Source: an uncultured archaeon
GTDB taxonomy: Archaea > Asgardarchaeota > Lokiarchaeia > Helarchaeales > HEL-GB-A
Length of the DNA stretch: 8,062 bases
Assembly (NCBI GenBank): GCA_964353755.1
Contig: CAYGYC010000215.1
Location: 1 to 8,062, forward strand
Direction: 5' to 3'
Made by a program: the position numbers and the translations under genes. Shown piece by piece: positions 1-4,743 of this stretch; position 1 is the stretch's first letter, and every line of letters starts with the position of its first letter. The notes beneath the pieces were generated by a model. The model made no database searches. It was not told the origin of the DNA and was given only the letters and a program-made list of their open reading frames with translations.

Positions 1-50
1 AATGCTTCTTCAGTATTTTCCATATGTTCTTGAAGTAATAAATTAAAGAA

Positions 51-60
51 AAATATATAA
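51..60 (+). promoter_or_regulatory. candidate archaeal TATA box for the vapBC operon
   Basis: AAATATATAA lies about 35 nt upstream of the vapB ATG. The surrounding sequence is AT-rich, so the signal is weak. Confidence 0.3.
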
Positions 61-91
61 TCATATCAATATATAGATCTAGTGATGATAT

Positions 92-298
92 ATGCCATCA
101 AAACCAATTTCTATAACAATTGAGGTCTATGAATTGTTAGATAAATTTCGAATGAAGAATGAAAGTTTTTCCCAAGCAATTAAGCGCTTATTGGAATCAC
201 AAACGAATCTTATGGATCTTGCGGGAGGGTGGAAATCTATCCCGGATGTCGACGCAGCAATTGACCTTATCGAAAAAGTAGTGAAAAAAATTCATTGA
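92..298 (+). CDS. vapB: VapB-type antitoxin (archaeal PF02697/COG1753-like small antitoxin)
   Basis: 68-aa ORF with an ATG start and GTGATG (SD-like) at 82-87. The N-terminus ISITIEVYELLDKFRMKNESFSQAIKRLL fits the xTIxIxdEvYexLxxxKxxxESFSdvIrrLL pattern of archaeal antitoxins found upstream of PIN genes. It lies directly upstream of a PIN-domain ORF. The family assignment is from memory and was not searched. Confidence 0.7.
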   Translation: MPSKPISITIEVYELLDKFRMKNESFSQAIKRLLESQTNLMDLAGGWKSIPDVDAAIDLIEKVVKKIH

Positions 299-354
299 TT
301 CTAACGTAATGATTGATTTTTTTAATTGATTCTAACGTAATGATTGATTTTTTA
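294..354. repeat. 31/30-bp tandem direct duplication spanning the vapB stop and vapC start
   Basis: Copy 1 is 294-324, ATTGATTCTAACGTAATGATTGAT+T6+A. Copy 2 is 325-354, the same sequence with T5. They are identical apart from one T in the homopolymer run. Confidence 0.9.
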
Positions 355-747
355 AAAGGTAACGAAGCAACAATCAAAGAAATTGACCAATTTATATCGA
401 AAAAGATACCTCTTTTCATTTCAACCATTTCAATCTATGAAGTATATATGGGCATTATCGCAAACCTGTATTTAAAAGATGGGCGACCTTCAAAAGTCCC
501 GGATCTCTTACAGATGTATGAAAAATTTCTCTTCAAATGTGGTATCCTTAATTTTTCACGGGAGGCTGCCGAAAAAGCTGCAGATATTTATGCCCAATCA
601 CAAGGTAAAGGTGTAACTATCAAAGAAAAAGATTGCCAAATTGCGGGAATTGCATTATCTTATGGTATCTCAACCGTTTTTACTCGCGATAAATACGATT
701 TTTCTAAAATATTCGATATTACGGGATTGAAATTTCTATCGTATTAA
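313..747 (+). CDS. vapC: VapC toxin, PIN-domain ribonuclease
   Basis: 144-aa ORF. The N-terminal MIFLIDSNVMIDFL carries the first PIN acidic residue in a (hydrophobic)3-D-S/T-N-V context. Further conserved acidic positions are plausible at YEVY (E), KEKDCQIAG (D) and FTRDKYDF (D). It is paired with an upstream antitoxin. The start is TTG at 313 and lies inside the duplicated segment, and the next ATG (340) falls after the catalytic Asp, so the exact start is uncertain. Confidence 0.8.
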   Translation: MIFLIDSNVMIDFLKGNEATIKEIDQFISKKIPLFISTISIYEVYMGIIANLYLKDGRPSKVPDLLQMYEKFLFKCGILNFSREAAEKAADIYAQSQGKGVTIKEKDCQIAGIALSYGISTVFTRDKYDFSKIFDITGLKFLSY

Positions 748-757
748 TTTTTTATTT
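748..757 (+). terminator. oligo-T tract after vapC
   Basis: TTTTTTATTT follows the vapC TAA directly. Archaeal RNA polymerase terminates at T-runs. Confidence 0.35.
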
Positions 758-874
758 CACTCCAGCAGATTATCAACTTTGACCTGAAATGTGTGGCGTA
801 AGATTAAATTATTCCGTTCGATAAAAATTGTGTTAGGAATAGTAAAAATTTCTTTGATATTTTTTGAAAATAAG

Positions 875-1345
875 TTATTTTCTTTTCAAGTTTCCTTGGG
901 GATCGATTTCATCTTTGCGTATACGGGTGGAGGAAATGGGCAGGCCATCTTTAGCGGGGAGTAATTGAATAGCAAAAATTTGTAATGGGTTCAAACCGTG
1001 TTCTACGCGGATTTTATTAATTTCCTCGGCGCCTTTGACCGTGTCTTCACTGACCACAATGCCTTCCTGTTCGGGTAACGTGATGGCGACCCCATAGGGA
1101 TCCGCTAACGGGATAATTTCATAGCGACCGTGATACCCATGCGCTTTAAAAAAATCTTCCAATTTTCGTTTTCGGACTGCATACGAGGGGATTTTTTCTT
1201 TTGCCTGTTTACGCTGGAGCATGGCTTCCGTGGTGAGGGCAACGAGCACTTTCTCTCCGACCTCGAATGCCTTTTGCAGGAGCACATGGTGTCCTTTATG
1301 CAGGGGGCCAAAAGTTCCCGCAACTCCCACGACACGTAACATCAT
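875..1345 (-). CDS. coaD: archaeal-type phosphopantetheine adenylyltransferase (cytidylyltransferase-like nucleotidyltransferase, COG1019)
   Basis: The ORF has the nucleotidyltransferase signature GTFGPLHKGH (T/HxGH motif) near the N-terminus and ISSTRIR near the C-terminus. Its size of about 156 aa is typical of archaeal PPAT. The track ORF starts at TTG 1357, but I prefer ATG 1345 (or 1342), which is preceded by GAGGGGT (SD-like). Confidence 0.75.
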   Translation of the reverse strand: MMLRVVGVAGTFGPLHKGHHVLLQKAFEVGEKVLVALTTEAMLQRKQAKEKIPSYAVRKRKLEDFFKAHGYHGRYEIIPLADPYGVAITLPEQEGIVVSEDTVKGAEEINKIRVEHGLNPLQIFAIQLLPAKDGLPISSTRIRKDEIDPQGNLKRK

Positions 1346-1392
1346 TGAACCCCTCAAAAATTAAAAAAAGAATAGTAGAGTTGATAAATCTT

Positions 1393-1875
1393 TTATTCGC
1401 TTTTCGGTTTTTCGTCCTTTAAGGACCAGGATTCACTTTGCGTTTCTTCTGGGGCTTTTCCTTTTTCTTTCTCTGGTTTTGGGCCTTTTTTCTCCACGTC
1501 AAAGATGGCGGCAATATAGAGGTGGTTATTGCATTTTTCGCATGGCTCCTTCAGTTCTTGGAACACATATTCATCCTTTTCGAATTTGCGCCCCTTCGTA
1601 AATTTACAATTGGGACTATTGGTACATTTCAGGAGGGAAATGGTTTCGATTACGGGTTTGATAATGCCTTGCTGCGCTATGAACAGGAGGAAGGTACTGG
1701 GTATCAGCAGGAGGAATCCTAGAATCAGCATGTAAAGCGGATCTACCCCCGGAATGATGGAACCCCACATTATGCCCATGAATCCGAGCGCAATTAAGAG
1801 CATCGCTAGGAGCATGAATACGTAGGCCAATACTTTGAGAATTTTTGCAGAGCTACTTAATTTTACTTCCGACAT
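1393..1875 (-). CDS. small membrane protein: two N-terminal TM helices plus a C-terminal 4-Cys zinc-ribbon and a Lys/Glu-rich tail
   Basis: Hydrophobic segments VLAYVFMLLAMLLIALGFMGIMW and LYMLILGFLLLIPSTFLLFIA are followed by CTNSPNC...CEKC. The gene is in an operon with its flanking genes. ATG 1875 is preceded by AAGGAG 9 nt upstream and is preferred. The track start GTG 1896 would overlap the upstream stop by 8 nt. No family was recognised. Confidence 0.6.
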   Translation of the reverse strand: MSEVKLSSSAKILKVLAYVFMLLAMLLIALGFMGIMWGSIIPGVDPLYMLILGFLLLIPSTFLLFIAQQGIIKPVIETISLLKCTNSPNCKFTKGRKFEKDEYVFQELKEPCEKCNNHLYIAAIFDVEKKGPKPEKEKGKAPEETQSESWSLKDEKPKSE

Positions 1876-1888
1876 ATCTTTCTTCTCC

Positions 1889-3019
1889 TTAATCACCTAT
1901 GCCACAGCAATTGCCGACACCCGCAATGATCACATTCTCCCCTTCTGCGGTGCGGGTCTTTATGGCGGTTTTAATCTCCTCAATCGCTTTGGGAATACTT
2001 TTCACCAGATCTTTATTCATGGGACCATACGCATCCTCTTGACTCTCCTCGATGACAACACCATCCATGGGCAGTTTGTATTGCACACCGGCTGATTCTT
2101 CAATGTAATATTTTTCGACTGGTGGACCGCCAATCACTGCGCCAACGCCTGTAATGACCGTTCCTGTTTTTTCGCCTTCCAGTTTTAATCCCGCATCGAT
2201 CATGATAAGACGGGCAATCTTGCCATTTTTTTCTTCAATCAATTTCTTGATCGCGACACCCGGCTTCCCAACCGTGGCACCAGGTCCTGTAGCTCTGATT
2301 AGAAAGACGTTGCGCCGTTCAATCTCCATTTCATAGAGGGTGATATCTTTGGTGTATTCTTTGGTGATTTGAGGCGGCGATTGCTTGCTATACTCCCGGA
2401 CCAGCGTAGTAGTAACCAGCGGCCCGATCCCGTCGCCGATTGGCCTCCCTTCGCTAAACGCTTTTAAGGCTTTGAAAACGGCTTTTACTATTAGCATTAT
2501 TAGTGGAAGTTGCATCTGAACTTGCATGATGAGTATAAGGCTCTTCGTTTTCTTTCCGAGTATTAGAAAATGCCGAATAATTTTGTAAATGATATTAACC
2601 GTTCCCGCTGCTTCAATGGTGTTCTCAATATTTGCGGCGATCTCGCGGGACGCGGTAGGAGCTATTTGCTGAACATGCTGTTCCCACCGCGTTTTTCGGA
2701 TGTCCAGAATGTGTTCAAGCCGATAAATTACACCCGCCGGATCTGCACTTACGGGTTCGACAGTGAAAAAATCCAAGAGCGCCTCTATCGTTGGACGTGG
2801 ATCCTCTTTTGGTTTGCCTCGTTCATTGACCATTTTTACAAGAATTTCCTTCCCATCTTTATTCATCATTTCTAATTCGCGCAACGCGACTTCAATCTGT
2901 TTTTGCATCATCCATAATTGCATTCGCTGATTGTAGAAGAAAATGATAAAGAAGAACGCAAGAAATATCATTTGGAAAACAATTGACCATTCACTATTCA
3001 TTTGCATTTTTAGTTTCAC
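1889..3019 (-). CDS. conserved archaeal membrane-anchored protein, DUF1512-like
   Basis: Long 376-aa ORF with an N-terminal TM helix (IVFQMIFLAFFFIIFFY), coherent composition and only short shadow ORFs opposite it. Motifs such as RPIGDGIGP and GPGATVGKPG recall the archaeal DUF1512 family. That call is from memory only and is unverified. The start is GTG 3019 or ATG 3007/3001. Confidence 0.8.
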   Translation of the reverse strand: MKLKMQMNSEWSIVFQMIFLAFFFIIFFYNQRMQLWMMQKQIEVALRELEMMNKDGKEILVKMVNERGKPKEDPRPTIEALLDFFTVEPVSADPAGVIYRLEHILDIRKTRWEQHVQQIAPTASREIAANIENTIEAAGTVNIIYKIIRHFLILGKKTKSLILIMQVQMQLPLIMLIVKAVFKALKAFSEGRPIGDGIGPLVTTTLVREYSKQSPPQITKEYTKDITLYEMEIERRNVFLIRATGPGATVGKPGVAIKKLIEEKNGKIARLIMIDAGLKLEGEKTGTVITGVGAVIGGPPVEKYYIEESAGVQYKLPMDGVVIEESQEDAYGPMNKDLVKSIPKAIEEIKTAIKTRTAEGENVIIAGVGNCCGIGD

Positions 3020-3432
3020 ATCAATTTACTTGAATTTAACTTACCTTTAGTCAAAAACTAGAGACACTAAGTGTATTGTACTCAGTCGCTTGTGAGTTTC
3101 AATTCCTCATAGGTCCATAATTTTTCTTCTAAATTAATGGAATTATATCATCTTTTTATAAAAATTTTGCCTTCCCTAGACTATTCTTCGGATACGCAAT
3201 TACCTCTATTCGCATTCCCTAGCAAAAATATGCAAAATACATTATTTTTCCCTATAAAAAGGTTTTTTCATTACGGGAATCCTGATGATTTACCTCTTTC
3301 CATTTCATTATCCCTTTAAAGCGTGATTTTCAATTTTCAATATTCCGCCTTTTCATTTCATCCTCTCTCCCGTCTCAATATTAGTCCTTACAAAACTTTT
3401 TTAAAAGGGAATATCTTTTTTGAGTATTAATA

Positions 3433-3441
3433 AATTTAAAT
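3433..3441 (+). promoter_or_regulatory. candidate TATA box for the 5S transcription unit
   Basis: AATTTAAAT would place a start site near 3465, about 25 nt before the leader stem begins at 3490. Confidence 0.3.
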
Positions 3442-3489
3442 CAGCGACCTTCAAAGTCTCAAAAGTCAGCCTAAAAAAAAGCGCAGAAA

Positions 3490-3550
3490 CCGAAAAATTC
3501 GTAAAAAAAGAGTAGAAACCGAAGAAAAAGCGCAGGAGTTTCACGCCGAA
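3490..3550 (+). other. 5S leader: 5' strand of the processing stem, including a BHB-like motif
   Basis: 3490-3504 pairs with 3694-3709 (15 bp, one bulged A). 3522-3527 pairs with 3690-3695, 3531-3533 with 3685-3687, GUUUCAC 3538-3544 with GUGAAAC 3673-3679, and GCCG 3545-3548 with CGGC 3666-3669. The leader also contains an internal direct repeat: AGAAACCGAA at 3485-3494 and 3515-3524, and GCGCAG at 3481-3486 and 3530-3535. Confidence 0.6.
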
Positions 3551-3687
3551 ATAAGGCCCTACACGTTCTAACTTGTACTGCCGTGCGCGAGCCGGCGGGA
3601 ACGTTAGATCGCTGACCTTCGGGTCGGTCATAGCTAGGGAGCAACTCCCGTTCTCATCCCGAACACGGCAGAGTGAAACCCCCGGCG
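3551..3687 (+). rRNA. 5S rRNA, circularly permuted gene (3' domain - C(UUCG)G - 5' domain)
   Basis: 3622-3671 is a clear 5S 5' half: GGUCGGUC AUA GCUAGGG...CCCGUUCUCAUCCCGAACACGG. 3567-3617 is a clear 5S 3' domain: helix V UCUAAC/GUUAGA, loop-E-like UUGUAC/GGAAC, helix IV UGCCG/CGGCG, and helix I 3' strand GCUGACC. The two native ends are joined by UUCG at 3618-3621. The core is 3551-3671 (121 nt) if cut at the BHB-like bulges, or about 3564-3687 if the ends lie in loop A. Confidence 0.8.
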
Positions 3688-3709
3688 AATTTCTTACGAA
3701 TATTTTCGG
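3672..3709 (+). other. 5S trailer: 3' strand of the processing stem
   Basis: Complementary to leader 3490-3548 as listed for the leader feature. It is followed directly by T-runs. Confidence 0.55.
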
Positions 3710-3712
3710 ATA

Positions 3713-3728
3713 TTTTTTCTATCTTTTT
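3713..3728 (+). terminator. oligo-T terminators after the 5S unit
   Basis: T6 at 3713-3718 and T5 at 3724-3728 follow the trailer stem. A further T7 lies at 3770-3776. Confidence 0.45.
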
Positions 3729-3799
3729 CAGAATGCCATTTTCCACTTGTATATTGCGTAGAATTTCTCTTTTTTTAAAAAATATCTCCAAGGTCGGGC

Positions 3800-3807
3800 A
3801 AAAAAAA
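3800..3807 (-). terminator. T8 terminator of the tRNA-Trp/tRNA-Pro transcript
   Basis: The minus strand reads ...CCCGCCC G CC TTTTTTTT directly after the tRNA-Pro acceptor end. Confidence 0.55.
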
Positions 3808-3823
3808 GGCGGGCGGGACGGGA

Positions 3824-3852
3824 CTTTCTCAAAATGGAATGCGCCATTCTGA
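3824..3852 (-). other. tRNA-Pro T-loop intron (about 59/60), 29 nt
   Basis: The fold reads GCGGG-UUCG-[AAU]-inner hairpin (GAAUG GCG CAUUC)-AGAA-[AGU]-CCCGU. This is two 3-nt bulges around a 4-position helix with 3 pairs. Splicing restores UUCGAAU. Confidence 0.7.
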
Positions 3853-3890
3853 TTCGAACCCGCGACCTCTGGTTCCCAAGACCAGAATCC

Positions 3891-3920
3891 TGGTTAATCT
3901 GGGAGAAGTCCCAGAGTTTA
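3891..3920 (-). other. tRNA-Pro D-loop insertion/intron, about 30 nt (boundaries approximate)
   Basis: The D-loop AGCAUGGCUA is followed by an insertion holding a perfect 7-bp hairpin UCUGGGA-CUUC-UCCCAGA, then the D-stem 3' strand GGAU. The BHB here is relaxed and I could not fix the exact junctions. Confidence 0.55.
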
Positions 3921-3970
3921 TAGCCATGCTAGACTACCCGCCCAGTATTGCGTGTATGGGGTCGGAGGGA

Positions 3971-3998
3971 TTTTCACAAAATGATCCTATCATTTTGA
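3971..3998 (-). other. tRNA-Trp T-loop intron (about 59/60), 28 nt, textbook BHB
   Basis: The fold reads GAGGG-UUCA-[AAU]-CAAAAUGAU AGG AUCAUUUUG-UGAA-[AAU]-CCCUC. This is two 3-nt bulges separated by a perfect 4-bp helix. Splicing gives UUCAAAU. Confidence 0.8.
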
Positions 3999-4014
3999 TT
4001 TGAACCCTCGATTA

Positions 4015-4046
4015 TTACCAGAAATGCTCTCTTCAAGGGCATTTCC
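4015..4046 (-). other. tRNA-Trp intron at about 43/44, 32 nt
   Basis: It contains a 7-bp hairpin GAAAUGC...GCAUUUC. The fold reads ACCC/UGGU (3 of 4 pairs)-[AGG]...[AAU]. Removal leaves the 5-nt variable loop UAAUC before GAGGG. Confidence 0.6.
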
Positions 4047-4052
4047 CTGGGT

Positions 4053-4121
4053 CTCACCGGAATCGCTCCAAAAGTTCGTCATCCGCGCTTGGCGTCAGTA
4101 GACCCTATTTAGAAGATTCTT
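4053..4121 (-). other. tRNA-Trp canonical 37/38 intron, 69 nt
   Basis: The fold reads CUGGG-CUCC-[AGA]-(A)GAAUC...GAUUC(C)-GGUG-[AGA]-CCCAG. It is BHB-like with one U.U in the central helix. Internally it carries CUGA...CGC-CAA-GCG...GAUGA. Confidence 0.75.
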
Positions 4122-4352
4122 CTGGAGCCCAGCGTCTTTCCGGTCTGGACGACGACCCCATTACTGGATTCTTTTTATTCTACTTTGTCATCTATCCACT
4201 GCTTTTATTTTGACCTTGAACTTCATTACGGTTCGGTTTATATGAAGTTACCCATCAATCCCTTTTAACTTCAATGATCAATGGGCAAGGTCTAAATGAT
4301 GGGGTACCATTTAAAGATTCTGGATTGTCTTTCTCTCAAAAAGGAAAGAGAT

Positions 4353-4428
4353 TGGAGCCTCAGATGGGATTTGAACCCACGACCAACAGCTTACAAGGCT
4401 GCCGCTCTGCCGGCTGAGCTACTGAGGC
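4353..4428 (-). tRNA. tRNA-Thr(UGU), intron-less, CCA encoded
   Basis: The minus strand folds as a perfect 76-nt cloverleaf: GCCUCAG UA GCUC AGCCGGCA GAGC G GCAGC CUUGUAA GCUGU UGGUC GUGGG UUCAAAU CCCAU CUGAGGC U CCA. A T5 run (4338-4342 on +) lies 10 nt downstream. Confidence 0.95.
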
Positions 4429-4628
4429 GCTATTTTCTATATTAACGGACGACGTATAATTCATACTGAGTTTGAGGTATTAAATTGAATACTACAATAC
4501 TCAAAAATATTTAATGTTTTTTAATGCATATCATCATACGCAAAAACAATAAATAGCTAAGCTGCTATTGAATATTGAAAACTGCATTGCAGATATTACA
4601 GATAGAAGAAGTAAGCCGGGGTAGCTCA

Positions 4629-4659
4629 AAGCGCGAACTCAAGAGTTCGTGCTGGTGAA
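4629..4659 (+). other. tRNA-Met D-loop insertion 1, about 31 nt (approximate)
   Basis: It contains a 9-bp hairpin GCGCGAACU-CAAG-AGUUCGUGC (4631-4652) between A14 and GCCUGGU. Confidence 0.5.
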
Positions 4660-4666
4660 GCCTGGT

Positions 4667-4690
4667 TAAAATTACAATGATGGAATGACC
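4667..4690 (+). other. tRNA-Met D-loop insertion 2, about 24 nt (approximate)
   Basis: It lies between GCCUGGU and the D-stem 3' strand. UGGU 4663-4666 pairs with ACCA 4688-4691, flanked by 3-nt unpaired stretches (relaxed BHB). Confidence 0.45.
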
Positions 4691-4707
4691 AAAGCGCTGG
4701 ACTCATA

Positions 4708-4743
4708 AGGTAAGTAAAAATAACAATTTACAGCGCCTGAGGC
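4708..4743 (+). other. tRNA-Met canonical 37/38 intron, 36 nt, textbook BHB
   Basis: The fold reads CUGGA-CUCA-[UAA]-GGU...GCC-UGAG-[GCA]-UCCAG. The central helix is a perfect 4 bp between two 3-nt bulges. Confidence 0.8.

Larger units (their letters stand above)
3810..3943 (-). tRNA. tRNA-Pro(UGG) with two non-canonical introns
   Basis: Minus strand: acceptor GGGCGGG/CCCGCCC, D-stem GUCU/GGAU, anticodon arm CUGGU-CUUGGGA-ACCAG (UGG at 3876-3878, G37), variable loop AGGUC, T-stem GCGGG/CCCGU. The gene is 134 nt and about 75 nt after removing insertions in the D-loop and T-loop. No CCA is encoded. It lies 13 nt downstream of tRNA-Trp, so the two are probably co-transcribed. Confidence 0.85.
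3957..4159 (-). tRNA. tRNA-Trp(CCA) with three introns
   Basis: Minus strand: acceptor GGGGUCG/CGACCCC with discriminator A, D-arm GUCC-AGACCGGAA-AGAC, anticodon stem CUGGG/CCCAG with loop CUCCAG|...|A (CCA at 4123-4125), T-stem GAGGG/CCCUC. The gene is 203 nt and exactly 74 nt after removing the 69-, 32- and 28-nt introns. Confidence 0.85.

Noticed and set aside
1-23. Possible start of a minus-strand gene (ATGGAAAATACTGAAGAAGCATT reading leftwards from 23)
   Set aside because: Only 7 codons lie inside the window, which is too little to support a feature.
1105-2875. Short ORFs 1105..1335 (-), 1130..1339, 1438..1722, 1529..1735, 1835..2095, 2154..2336 and 2570..2875 (+)
   Set aside because: These are out-of-frame or antisense shadow ORFs nested inside the much longer, motif-bearing coaD, zinc-ribbon and DUF1512-like genes.
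3137-3319. 60-aa ORF in the 3020-3400 spacer
   Set aside because: I found no SD-like sequence or recognisable motif, and the composition is odd (MELYHLFIKILPSLDYSS...SISLSL). It sits in an AT-rich divergent intergenic region that more likely holds the promoters of the DUF1512 operon and the 5S unit. A real small protein cannot be excluded without homology or expression data.
3622-3687. Reading the 5S-like sequence as a 3'-truncated 5S pseudogene
   Set aside because: The missing 3' domain (helices V and IV, loop E, helix I 3' strand) is present intact immediately upstream. It base-pairs with the 5' strand through a UUCG tetraloop. The unit also has its own promoter-like element, flanking stem and terminators, so a permuted but complete gene fits better than a fragment.
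3401-3761. Track ORFs 3401..3631 (-) and 3573..3761 (+)
   Set aside because: Both overlap the 5S rRNA sequence and its leader/trailer. Their translations are low-complexity (FFFGFYSFFTNF...) and lack start-site signals. The region is fully explained by the RNA gene.
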